Origin: Azolla caroliniana
Taxonomy: Eukaryota; Plantae; Polypodiophyta
Direction: 5' to 3'
NCBI GenBank assembly: GCA_043228905.1
Contig: JBHGNT010000018.1
Location: 8,680,001-8,744,000 of the forward strand
Length of the DNA: 64,000 nt
The translations under genes were made by a program, and so were the position numbers. Below the pieces are notes generated by a model. It was not told where the DNA came from. It worked only from the letters and a program-made list of their open reading frames with translations, and did not search any database. Shown one piece after another: positions 12,001 to 24,204 of the stretch (position 1 is the stretch's first letter; the number at the start of each line of letters is the position of its first letter).

Positions 12001-14346
12001 ACGTGCATAAGATCTATAATGAGGAAGACCTTAGGCAAAATGATGAAATAGGCCCACATTATCTCGAAATAGATGGCGACATCTATCTTGTGTGCTCACT
12101 CAACAACACTTGCAATATCTCTTCACGTATTCTCTTAATCATTTGCTAGTTCCACAAAATTATGTTAGGTAAGTCAAAAAACCTTTAATTTAGTTATGCT
12201 TTCTTAAATTGTACAAAAATTATAATAATGGACCTACATGTCAAACCAATTATTATTTTAATGTTTCCTCATCCTTTTTCTACTGTATCCTCAATAGCTT
12301 AGTTGATCCGTTCTTCTCGATCCACTTCCTCAATGTTGTTTGTACCATGACTTTTCTGTGTTTCTATGTTTGCATCGCTCTAGACAAGAGTTGTTTGTGC
12401 TTTGCTGCTATTCTAAATCGTTCTCCCACTATGTGCTCTCAAAAGTTTTCTGTCTCTTAATGAGATTCCTTCTTGCTTCGGGTGTCCTTGTATGCCCATC
12501 TCTCTCTGAGCCCTCTGTCCATGTGTCATCGCCTAATTTTGGTTCTTGTGCCTGCATGTTGTGGATAATTATAGCATGATTATGAAGCTTAGTGTTCATG
12601 AAATAGGCAGTTGACGTCATATCTTTCCACTCTCTTCTCCATCATTGTTGTTTGAAATATCGTACTCGATTTATTTTTTCTCACTCTTGTACACACATCG
12701 TACGACATAATCTACCTGCAGTCTCCGGCTATTGTAGATGGGTGAAAGAATGTGAGTGAAAACACTATTATAGCTAATTAGCTACTAAAATGGCCACAGC
12801 TAATTAGCTATTTGTTTAGCTAGTTTTTTTGTGGGAAAATCATAAGGATGGTTTACGAAATTTTATGTTTTATTAGTTAAATACATGTCTTTTAATTGAT
12901 GAGAATATTCAAATATTTGAACTTTGGTTTCTGACGTAGTGGAACATGGGGAATAGTGTCATCATCTAAGGTCGACTTGAATGTCATCAAATTCCTGATA
13001 ATCCTGAGTTCGAGTTTGAACTCCAAACAGATGGAGTACACTGAGCATGAACTCAGATGAAGCCCCCACAACAACACAAAAACTCTGAGATCGACATTGC
13101 ACCTTCAAAGCTACAACACACGAGCTAGTCGATCCTCGTCCAGGTATGTATCAGTTACATATTAAAAAAACTTTTTTTTTCCTAATTTATAACTGTCTGT
13201 AACTTTAGTGCATGTTCATCTTTCCCAAAAATCGAATAGGGCGAAGTCATTGGAGTCACAAACAAGGATGTCTTGAAGATCGGGGTGTAGCAACAGGTGT
13301 GTTTCTGATTGACAAAATTTTGTAGTACGGTTGATTTCTGCCTTTAGTGATGATTAGGGTTTGTGTTTCCCTTAAGTGGTTTAGGGTTACTGATTACAAA
13401 TTTCAGATTGCAAGTTTCTGGTTACAAATTTCTAATTACTATCGCAATCTGTTGTAATTTTGCACCAATTCTCATGACAATTTCTGATTAGGGTTTCTGA
13501 TTTTTTAAGTGGTTGATTCTGATACATGTTGAAAAGAACAGATTACAAATTTCCGATTACTGTCTCAAAGTGTTGCAATATTGCACCAAATTCACATTAA
13601 AAATTATGTTTTTGCACCAATTCTGATAATTTACTGGTTTTCTATTTCAGGTGGCTCGTTCCTCCCTATCCTAGAGTGCTGAACTTCGCAAAATTTTGCG
13701 AGACAAAGGAGGACTTTCACAACATATATGGTCTGTTGCTCGAGGGTATGGACCCTGCTGTTCTAACTGATAGATTGATTAGTGATGGAGACTGGATGTC
13801 AGTATATAAAGTGCCTAGAGTGAAAGGCAAGGTCAAGATCAAGCATGTACGACCGGACCTGTATGACGACTGCATGAGACTGCACCAAAAAGTACATCAA
13901 GAGATCCCGGTCAACAACGACTTGTCAGTTTCATTTGCCAGAGCTTTTGCATACGAGTATTGCAAAACAACGAAGGAATCTCGAGACCCTGAAATGTACA
14001 TGGTAGCTTGGGCAATTTATGGTGAGGCATCGGTAGAAAGATGTCGAAAGATGGGGAGCTTGCAACAAAAAATGGCAAGATTTTGGAGCATGGCAGTTGA
14101 TGATGCAACTGCCGACTCCCAACAAACCCACAAGTATAGGCCACACCGACACAAAATGAAAGCCAATGTCGATGATACAAGTGAGACATTGATTAGCTAT
14201 ATGCTAAAAAAATTCCATGAAGCCTGTGAGACATTGGAGTTTTTTAAGATTGATTTAGAGAAAGCAACATTAGCTGTTGTGATGGAGAGCAAAGTCACTT
14301 TGGCAGTTACAACAATCAGAAATAAGATTCAGGTACCTATTGTTTT

Positions 14347-14779
14347 TGTTATGGGCATGACCATATAATATCCCGTGGTGAGAATTTACCGTAGTATTCT
14401 ATACACGTGGATAAGTGTCAGGGTTAAACAAGAGTGTAAAGAAGGGGAGGATTACTTTTAAATCCTCGGGATTGAGACATGGCTGGGGGCCTTGGGTATT
14501 GCTATAAATAGAGGCCTAGCTACCCTCATTTCATTATCTTTTTGACTATGTCGAGACTCTGTCTTGTGGTGGGTCAACTCTTGTAGCGAGCGCGCCAGCA
14601 CCAGGTATGACTCGACACCACGACAGTGGTATGGGACGCTGATCAAGGCTCAAGTCCGTCTCGATCACTTTGCTCGGGGGTGGTCGGGTGGATCGGCACC
14701 CTTCTTTCTCTCTCTCCTTTCTTTCTATCTACCTAGATCTATCCTTATCTAATGCTTACTTTAGTACATGTCTCTAATA
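14347..14779 (+). mobile_element. Solo LTR of the chromovirus family found at 31556, with 5-bp TSD GTTTT
   Basis: Colinear with 31556-32020. GTTTT at 14342-14346 and 14780-14784. Confidence 0.93.
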
Positions 14780-15439
14780 GTTTTGCTACTATGTAATATG
14801 TTATAAATAACTTGTACGTGAAAATGTGCTACTGAGGCATTATCTAGAACAGGTTGCTCAACATGAACTTGAAATTGAGGGGTCATTGGATCCCCAACGG
14901 AATATTCAACTCCAGATAGAGATCCAGGTTCTTTCAATGAACCTGGACCTTCTAGGTGTAAATACTGTCGATGATTACAATTTGGAAAAGCTACAATTAA
15001 GTTAATGATTCTTGTTTCTTGTTGTTGTATCTTCCTCATTAAGGAATAATTAATCGGTAAATTTTCCGGCTATGTTGAAGGAACAATACTCCCGTCAAGA
15101 ACAGGTAGTTAGCTGCCTTAAGAAGCAACTACATTTTGCAGTGGGGATGGTAAGGAGCAGACAAGAATTGGACCTGAACATTCTTGCTCCCTTACCAAAT
15201 GAAGGAGAACTAGGAAATGATATATTGATTGTTCAAGCACGTTGCATCGCTTGTGGATTACGTGTAGAGGACAAATATGCTACTCTCTTGGTTCACCTAC
15301 AACCATGCCAACACACATACCATATCGTTTGTTTTCAATATGCCTGTTGCATTGCTGCATTCTGTTTGGGGGATTGTAGTATAGCTCTCCCAGATGAGTG
15401 GAGAAAACACACAGGTAAAATTGCTGCTTGTGACCATAG

Positions 15440-16040
15440 TGTAGCTAATTAGTTCCATCTTTGCTAATTAGGTAAGCTATATAAAGTGTGGAAACTATTT
15501 AGCTATTATGGTTGTAGTGTAGTAACTAATTACCTAACATGTAGTTAATTAGCTAAGTGGTAGCTAATTAGTTAAGTGGTACCTAATAAGCTACTACCAT
15601 AGTTTAATACATTAGCTAATTAGCGACTACCATAGTTTAGTACAATAGCTAATTAGCAAAGTGGTAGCTAATTAGCTACTACCATAGTTTAGTTGAGTAA
15701 CTAAGTAGCTAATTAGCTAAGTGGTAGCTAATTAGCGACTACCATACTTTAGCTGAGTAGCTAATTAGCTACTACCATAGTTTAGTACAGTAGAGAATTA
15801 GTTAAGTGGTAGCTAATTAGCTACTACCATAGTTTAGTACAGTAGCTAATTAGCTAAGTAGTAGCTAATTAGCTACTACCATACTTTAGTTATAGTGGCT
15901 AACTAGCTAGTACCATACTTTAGTTGAGTAACTAATTAGCTAGTACCATACCTAAGCGAAGTAGCTAATTAGCTCAGTGGTAGCTAATTAGCTACTATCA
16001 TAGTCTTGAAGAATAGCTAGTTAGCTAAGATGTAGGTAAT
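15440..16040. repeat. Dense array of the 12-bp palindrome AGCTAATTAGCT interspersed with actaccatag / aagtggtag units
   Basis: Directly visible; fills the putative intron 15415-16060. Confidence 0.9.
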
Positions 16041-16762
16041 TAGTGACCATGTTGTTGTAGAATCTTGTTGATTAAGGAGGGCGCATGACCTATCTGGTGC
16101 TGATGATGCTGCAACCGATGAGGAGATAGTTGCCAACGTGGCTTAAAGTAAGAGTCTTGTTATCACATCTCCTTCAGATTAGCTCCACCCTATTCTTTTG
16201 GAAGATGGTAATGAATTAGGCAATGATGTGAAAAGCCATGAAATATTGGAAACAACATGTAAATCTAAGGTTCACAACAATAGTGTTTTTGAACACTTGA
16301 TGCAACATTTCTTTAAATCCCAAAACCTTGATTCCACCCCACTGAGCCCAACTACTGATAATGTCCAAACAGATCCCACTATACTGGAAAAGCTAGTGCA
16401 AGACGCGGCGAACCTGCAAGCCGTTGCTGAGGTGATGGAAAGGTTGTCGGAGGAGGACACACTTGTGCAATGGTGAAAGAAGCAAGGATAAATGGGCAAC
16501 CGGCTAGAAAAAGGGTGAAGAAGGGGCCACGATCGGGGACAAGGCCAATTACTCGGTCAAGGGGCTCTTGAATTGGAGCGAAATACTTATTAGTGGGATA
16601 TGATTGTTAGCGATTTTCCTAGGGTTTTATGATGTTTTACTATGATCTATTTGGACTAGTAAAACCTCAAATTGGTTGTTGCTTGATCCACATTATGTAA
16701 TGGAACTCTATGATGTTTCTCCAAGATAATTATGTTCATGTTTCTATGATGGAAAATATTTC

Positions 16763-17803
16763 ATGTTCATTATGTTGTTTTGTGAGACTGTTAGTTACTT
16801 TGTGAGTGTAAATATGTTGGTGTTTTCCGATGTTGCAAAGTCTAAAGGGTTTGAAACTATTGCTCCTAAGGCCGATGGTAGTGTGGAAACTGTTGATGTT
16901 GCTGCGTGTTTAAAGGGCCACATCTTGAAAGTAGATGTAGCAACTGACACAAATGATCTGGTCACGCAAGTTGATCAAGCATGTTGCACAGATGATCTGA
17001 TTTTGTAGGTAGATGTAGCATGTGATACCAGCGGGCTGATATCGACCAGATCAGTATCTACATGCACTGAGCCAATGACTAAGTCAACAACACAAGACCA
17101 CCAGAATGTGAAGCCAGGCCCAACACAGTCGACCAGGGGTTTGAAGAGGAAAAGGACACCAATTGTGCCGACAGAACCTGAGTTGATTGACCTTGATCGT
17201 GTGCTACCAATAATTGGTGTAACAAAGACTCAGTTACAGGAATGGAAACCTAAACCATTAGAAATCGAATGAAGAGCCTTGATCTTGGAACTTGAGAAAA
17301 TCCAGATGAGTGTGCGATATATGACACCAAGGAGGGACGCAAATCAATTTCTGGAGTGGGTTGTGCAATATTTTGATTTGTTTATTTAGAGCGAAAAACC
17401 ACGTACAGATGTGTGGAAGTGTGTAGAAATATTCTTCCCGAAGTGGCGACAACATTTCAAGGGTCAATGGACACGAGAGAATTGTGAGCAGAATGATGTT
17501 GCAAGATTCAAAAGACTTTCTGACTTTTGGGACACTTGGCCAGATTATAATGCTGACAATACGTTGATTCTGGATACAGAACATTTCCGACATTACTTCA
17601 ACATTCGCAGATGCTGTCTCATTCTACCCGATGAAATGCCTGAACATTATTTGGTGAAAACATTGAGCTGCCAACTAGCTACATGGTTGTGGACTCCATA
17701 CCGTGCTTGGTATGCAGATCATATATGTAGAGAAGTTCCACTAACCAACAAGAGCTTAGTTGTTTATAGACGATTTCAAGACATTGGCAATGGGATGTTA
17801 TAA
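16763..17803 (+). pseudogene. FCP1/NIF (HAD-family CTD phosphatase)-like ORF broken by in-frame stops
   Basis: ORFs 16763, 17075 and 17411 share one frame. Read-through gives LILELEKI...PRRDANQFLEWVVQYFDLFI*S...RLSDFWDTWPDYNADNTLILD...CLILP, which parallels NIF-domain motifs. Confidence 0.6.
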
Positions 17804-18089
17804 ATATGTAATTTGCTACCACATAATCAATGAAGAATTAAATTGCTTGTTTTGAGTAAATTATCTACTATGTATGTTCAGGATTGCTGATTTCATGATA
17901 GTGCTTTTTCTTAAAATTATGCAAACTATTTTAACTTGTACATGGTTCATTTGAGTAAATCTGTATCTCAGAAAGAAGAACCCTAAACGATATTATTAAA
18001 CTGTATATCTAATAGAAGACTGATAGAAGAAGCACAAAAAGTAGACTGTGTATGAAAAAAAAAACTCCCAAACAGGTCCATTAAACTGT

Positions 18090-21000
18090 TTATTTGCAAT
18101 ACATGTGCTTTGTTTGTTTTACAAGAAAATTGGTAATTGCTACTTGTAGCAACAAATTCCATGGCATACTGTTGTAAATACTTTCATACACATTAGCACT
18201 AACTGTATATAAACTTGAGTAGCTATTGTATTGCGACATTGGGACATTGATGCACCTGACCAAATGAGAGTACATGCACACCACTGGTTTGTCTTCTAAT
18301 AGCCTATACACATAATCGTAATCATCTAGTCTTGCATAAAAAATACCTTCGATGTAGAATGTCCCGGTAGATACAACATTTCCTCAAGCATCTAATATAT
18401 TCTGCGTTGCACACTGTTTACTAACCGTGCACTTCAATATATAGAAATCAACACCCTCTAAATTGCCTTCTTCTGCATTTACAACAAAATTATCCCCAAC
18501 ATTTAAGACATCACTCAGAATATCTCCACATCCTTGATATGTGAAGTCAGCATTCTTTTCTGTTTCCCCATCAATTGCTTCCTTATCGTTCAATGTATGA
18601 TACTCCCAATTCTGAATATATGCTTTGTTTAAACAATACCTCCAATTTCCCTGCACACAATGGAAGCAAAAACAAGTTAATTCTCTAACCACAATACAAT
18701 GACCATCCAACCTAGAATAACCGCGAACAGCATGGAGAGATCACAATTCAGGAATTCCTTGGCACTCCCAGTTCTTCTCCCTATTTACTTCATCTATCTT
18801 CACTTCCCAAAATTCACGTTTGATATCTCGGACCTGCAAGGAATAAACACCAGTTGCACTCGTTGACATATTAACTCTTAAAAATTCAACTACATGTGCT
18901 GCACAATTCATCTGCACACCATCTGCCTTTAGTTGTTCATGGGTAAGTGCCCGCTTTATAACAGCACCTACACCATCATGTTCACCTTTACCATGGTTAG
19001 ACCCAAAAAAATTCCATCTCATCTCCAAACCTGTTATAGCAGGATACCTCCCCACAAAATAAAATGGACGTCTAGCCTTGAATTGTGACGCAACTCCATC
19101 AGACCAAACCCAATGTTGAGTAAGCTCCAAACGTTTAGCTAATAACCATTGCCAATGTAAGTTAAAACAATGTTGGATGAACAAGGTGTCATGCTTCTTA
19201 TCATCAGAAATAAAAAAATGAATTACTATTTTAACATCACCTAAAACTCAAAAATATGTTATGTGCACAAAAATGGTTACCTGCGCTGAACACCAATGCA
19301 TAGATTGAATTTCATTCTGCTGCTTGAAAGTATAATTCTCTGCGAAATCTACCACTAAGACTACTACATCATTTAGAAAATCAGATATGCAAGTCTTAAA
19401 CTGATGGGCTTGCCATGAATAAATGAAGTTGTGTTTAATGAACTTTCTTAGAGATACTACAAATAGAGACGCCAAATCCCTTGGTTTAAGCGACTTCCTA
19501 ACTAGATCCTTTATTTTACACACCTTTCCTTCGAAATTGGTGTCAACTGACTCAAATAACTTGACAGAGATTAGTATTTCACTACTCAATTCATTTGGAC
19601 ACCACCTAAATCTACTAGGGCCACAATCTTGACATAAACCCATGACACATTTATGATTGTGGAAGATGGCCTCAGTTTCTGTTGGACACAATATTGAATC
19701 TAAAAGACAACTCATGGAAGAGATAACATGCTCAGATGATTTACAGTGCTCATGCGGGCTGGATTGACAAATTGGGCACACACAAGTGCAAATTGCATTT
19801 GTTAGGGAGGCACTATGGTGACGTACTAGATTAACAAAGTCCTTGAGAAAACCCATTTGTACATGGTAAATGCAACAACATGTGTATCGATCCTTCAAGC
19901 GTTGTCATGATGTGGCGTGCTCGAGTGTGAGAAAAACCGGCGAAACGGGGGTCAAAATGTGCATGTGCAATGTGTGTGCACACGAAGGCAATTAGTTGTG
20001 CACATACAAAAGAAAAGGGAAAAGGAATGGTGAAAAGGAGGTATAGGGTTTCGTGTAAAAAGTAAGAGAGAGGAAAGTAGGGAGGAGAGAGAGTGTGGTT
20101 TTCTAGATGTTTACTTATTATATAAATAATAGGAAGTGAAAGGGCTAGTGGATAGATGTACTATCCCCTAACTTAAGGTACATGGTTTGAGTCCAAGTAG
20201 AGGGTGCAGCGTGATTTAAGGAATTTTATTCCTTTTGTATTGAAGGGACGACGTGTCTAGAGGGGCTCATTAGGGTCGGCCATTTTGGGGTTTGAGAGTT
20301 ATCTTCTTCTCTTCAATTTCTAGGGTTTTCTAGGGTTTTTGGGGATCGCACCATTAGGGTTTCGGTTTTAGGGTTTTCTTGTTTACTTAGACCTCTACCT
20401 TCTCTTGGGTTTAGGGCAAATGAGTTCTTTCTCGTCTTCTTCTAGCTAGGGTTTAGGGTTTAGGGTTTCAATACTTCTTCTTTTCTTGCTCATTTGTTCT
20501 TATGGGTTCTTGATCTCTCTCATTCACATTCTCATCTTGAGGTGTGTCCGTGGCCTTGTGATGGTGTTGGTGCTCGTGAGCCCGAGGCTCGTTGGTCCAA
20601 CGTACTTTCACTCCGTTCGTCATTGCGAGCCCGTGTGCTCGCCGTTCGGGTGGTTCTCGGTCCATGGTGTTGGTGCCCGCGTTCGTCGTCGCGAGTTCGT
20701 GAGCTCGTGAGCTCGCTGTTCGCGTGGTTCGAGGTTTATGGTGTTGGTGTCGTCGGCTCTCGTGGTACATGGTTCTCGGTTCATGTGGTGTGGTCGTGCT
20801 CTCGTTGTATTCGAGATTATGCTTGGTGTGCTCATGTTTCGTGGTCATCGTCGTCACGAATTCCCATTTCCGTCCCTCTCCATTGTAATCAAACCTTGTT
20901 TTATAAAGGGCTTTCACTTTGAGATGGTCACCATTTTGTTGTTTTGGGTAGACCATTAGGGTTTCATTCTTCTCCTACTTTACTATTCGGTTAGGGTTTC

Positions 21001-21339
21001 GGCTAGTTATGCTTGAGCCGGTGTATATGGTTGCGATTGTAAATCATTGTGTGTCTTGGTAATGGAATTTGCTTGGTGAAACTTGGCTCAGTCTAGCCCA
21101 TTCTCTTGTCAATCTTCGCGCCTTGTTCTTCCTCTTTTGTGCTTGAAAGCTCGTAAGGGCTAAGCTCCCACTTCCCCTCTTACTCCCTAGTTCAAGACCC
21201 CAGTGGTCCCACCTAATCTTACATGCACGCGCGGATTTCCGCGACAGCGTCTCACAAAGTGTGGCTTAAGAGACTCGAATGTTCGTAGTTGAACTTTGAT
21301 ATTTGGATGCATTCACCTGAACCTAGTAAATAAATCAAC
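18090..21339 (-). pseudogene. DDD-type (Sola-like) transposase, interrupted by a solo LTR and three in-frame stops
   Basis: ORFs 19898, 19184, 18710 and 18311 are all in one frame. Motifs VVDFAENY...QNEIQSMHW, WSDGVASQFK, WNFFGSNHGKGEHDGVGAVIKR and RELTCFCFHC. Removing 19903-21246 plus one TSD copy restores HPNIKVQLRTFESLKPHFVRRLKDRYTCCCIYH. Confidence 0.8.
19903..21246 (+). mobile_element. Solo LTR (~1.34 kb), TGTCATG...CGCGACA, with GCGT duplication
   Basis: GCGT at 19899-19902 and 21247-21250; excision restores the transposase frame. Rich in TAGGGTTT motifs. Orientation is inferred. Confidence 0.88.
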
Positions 21340-21379
21340 CTGCGTAATAAAATGGACATATTGATTAGCTCTATGGCTA

Positions 21380-22403
21380 AGCCCTACTGTGGTGATGCCT
21401 ACAATGGCACAATACTGAGAATTTCTGACTCATGCCGAGCCGAATACTACCAGAATTGAGTTCCGTGAGGGGTCACGTCATACGATGCACCCGAATCGAG
21501 AAGCCAAATTGTGGATTCTTCAGTCATATATAGAACTTCTTATTCAACCGAATTCTCGATAAACAAGATGTTCGGGTAGTCGGATAAGATTTCGGCCGAA
21601 GAGCCGACAAAATTGACCTCCTTCTGATGGTTGCTCCTTTGCTCCGATCGTTGAGCCTTTTCATTTTTAGCTTTGAGAGCACGAAAATCAGCCTTAATGT
21701 GTCCAAGTTTCTTGCAATAGTTGCATGTTCTCGTGTCCTTGGACTTGCTTTGACTTCTTGCATTTGTCGGTTGTCGAGAATAACTTCTTCCTCAACTATT
21801 CAGTTGGTTGGTCGAACTGTGTACTACATAAGCATCACTACCCGATTTGTTTACAAATGATTTCCCTTGAGCATCTTCCGACCGAATGGAGCTCGTAACC
21901 TAGGAGTACTTTATGCAATAGTCGATGCATTACACACTGTGGTCACAAAAGTTTCCCATGAAGAGGGTAGACTACTCATAAGCAAGAGAGCTTTTAGCTC
22001 ATCATCGATCGTCATTCCCTGGGCCGAAATCAAGGAGTTGATGCATTTGTATTCATTCAGGTGTGTCTAGACCGAGTCAGATTCCTTCATCCAAAGATTG
22101 TAACAGGGATGGATTCTTTTCGTAAGTGTCCAACAACATTTTCCACGATTTGAATGTTGTCAAACAAGATTGCATCGTGTAATATACAATGTCAGACAGG
22201 TGCATGTGAATGGTGGCACGAGTTATCCAATCCAGCTTCATCCATTCATCCGACTTGTATTCATCAGGAGCATTTTCATTCTCAATTGGGCCAATTTGAC
22301 CCTTCACGATTAGGTAATCTTGCATTTGCTCCTTCCAAAATTTGAAGTTCATGTCACCAAACTTATTGAGACTCATCTCTAATGAGCCGGATGCTAAAGC
22401 CAT
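21380..22403 (-). pseudogene. Copia gag-protease fragment
   Basis: KFGDMNFKFWKEQMQDYLI gag start, zinc-knuckle region and WLLDSGAS protease motif on the minus strand. No LTR or PBS recognised. Confidence 0.8.
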
Positions 22404-23239
22404 ACATGTCTTGATTTGAGTCGACTAGTCGAAAATTTAGTTCGGGAACTACAATCAGTGGGGTTGGGTGCAACCAGCTGGTTCACCCAAATTCTGATCT
22501 AGCCGAATCAAACAAGAAATTTAGTCAATTGATCGGCTTGTCCTGCCAGAGTGGCTACAACCGAAAGCAGAGTATAGTCGACTGGTGTATCCGAAGTGAT
22601 GCGTAGCTGAATTGAGTACAAACGGTGTGGAATATGTTGTCGATCTTGCTGGGTTGACTACAACAAAGAGAAGGGTAGAGTCAACTAATCTTGATCGATG
22701 GAGAAGGGACACTTCCACATATGACAGAAGTAGCGGTTGGGTGTCGGTCGAGATCAACGTTGTCTCAAGAGTCCTCCACCCCTTATATCTCTAGTTTTCA
22801 CTCTATTTTCCTTATCTCAGTTTTCATTATTGACCTTCTGATTTTCAACATTTGGTTTTGTTTTTCTACGCTACCCCTCTAATAATGGCATATAAAGAAT
22901 AAGTAAAAGGTAGTGTTGAAAATACACAAATAGCCTTTACCTTTTACTTATTACCTTCATAATTGCGGGTCCCACGTGAGAGGGAACCCCCCCCCCCCCC
23001 CCCCCCCCACCACATACGATTACTTATCACGAGGAAATGATCACGTCCAAATGGGCTATAATCTATCTGGCTTCTAATTTTTCTTAAATTGTGCTTAATC
23101 TTAATGTCCACGTGATTAGAGAGAGAGAGAGAGAGAGAGAGACATCGCCCAGAATGAAACTAGAAGAGGATGATCATGGGGTCACTTGTTTGATACACAT
23201 AGTACATGGTATAGGAGAGTGGGGTAAGGAATATAAGTA

Positions 23240-23298
23240 TGCGTGAAAGACCAGGGATTCGAACCCTAAACCTCAAAATTGACAGAACTTGACACTAT
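23240..23298 (-). other. tRNA-derived (SINE-head-like) fragment with a B-box
   Basis: Minus strand reads gaggtttagGGTTCGAATCCctgg with a T-arm-like stem; no complete cloverleaf. Confidence 0.45.
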
Positions 23299-23490
23299 AA
23301 ATCACTTATAAGAGACTATGTATATAGTAAGTAGGTCCATCATATCCATTAAGTTTGATTTGTGCAGTGTGAAATCGGAGTTTCATACTCTTGAGGCCAA
23401 AGGTTATGCGAAGAATAGTTCCATGGAGAGGAGATCCATTTCTTCTGCTTTCTCTTCGTCCTCCATTGCTTTTCATGCTCAGATTCATCC

Positions 23491-24204
23491 ATGGGTTTTT
23501 GTTGCTTTGAACGAGATTTCATCGATGATGATAGACCTCCATATCTCAGAGGTTGTCTTGATTCTCTGCGCCTTGCTGGACTTGCCCTGCTTCTTGCTTG
23601 CTCCATCACACTTCAAATACTTGTAAGTCTCTCTGCTCTCTTCATTACTCGCAGGGGTTTCTGTTTCTCAGTTAAATCCATTGTTTTCTCTCTATTCTTC
23701 TGATGGCAGGCATGTGCAATCTACAGTAACTGGTGGCCTATGCTAACATGTATGCACAAAAAATTTATATTTGTTTGGATTTGTTCCTAATTTAAGCTAA
23801 AACGGATCCACCCTAATCTCAATCGTTGTGTTTCCTGATTTTGTTGGGCAGTCATAATGTATGTTTTGTTACCGATGCCATTCTTGTTCGTCTCAGGCCC
23901 CGGTTCATCTGACATCTTGTCGGAACCCAACGAGTTAAGATCTTTATAAGAAATAGATATGCTCTGTTGTTTTCCCATCCTTATATATGATCCTTGATCA
24001 TCAATGTGGGTGGCCTGTCTTTTCAGATGGGTCGATGTCGCACGATTCTTGGTAGGGTTCTCGATTACCGGAAGCTTCGCAATCCCATCCATCCTATACC
24101 ATGCCAAACTCATCCAAGCAGCTTCATTAGGCCTCACCTTTGCGTCTTTTTTCACTTTAATGGCCACCATCTTACTATTCTCATCTGTTGTTAACATTGA
24201 TTAA
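23491..24204 (+). CDS. VPS55: Vacuolar protein sorting 55 (Vps55/OB-RGRP family), ~143 aa; exons 23491-23622, 23710-23749, 23852-23933, 24027-24204
   Basis: Spliced frame PYLRGCLDSLRLAGLALLLACSITLQIL|ACAIYSNWWPMLT|FIMYVLLPMPFLF...|WVDVARFLVGFSITGSFAIPSILYHAKLI matches plant Vps55 motifs. GT-AG introns with consistent phases; start codon tentative. Confidence 0.88.

Larger units (their letters stand above)
13651..16570 (+). pseudogene. Spliced gene remnant with a RING-H2-like finger; approximate exons 13651-14332, 14853-14927, ~15045-15414, 16061-16570
   Basis: CIACG...PCQHTYHIVC...CLGDC cysteine/histidine pattern, GT-AG boundaries around the ORF pieces, stops and frameshifts present. Confidence 0.6.
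12760..21345. mobile_element. Decayed composite DNA transposon-like locus: DDD transposase (-) plus RING and FCP1-like ORFs (+); termini not defined
   Basis: Convergent ORFs with similar decay. The AGCTAATTAGCT motif occurs at ~12771-12822 and 15440-16040. The transposase 5' part is replaced by a Copia fragment. Confidence 0.55.

Noticed and set aside
9100-12700. Short ORFs in the AT-rich intergenic stretch
   Set aside because: No motifs, splice-consistent chain or terminal repeats could be supported.
12762-12775. CACTA terminus at CACTATTATAG
   Set aside because: No matching TAGTG end or TSD found, and the linked transposase lacks CACTA-type motifs.
20468-20959. ORFs on both strands
   Set aside because: They lie inside a solo LTR in GT-rich low-complexity sequence.
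23240-23298. Functional tRNA gene
   Set aside because: Only the T-arm/B-box is recognisable; no full cloverleaf or acceptor stem.
23787-24197. 136-aa minus-strand ORF
   Set aside because: Antisense shadow of the VPS55 exons.
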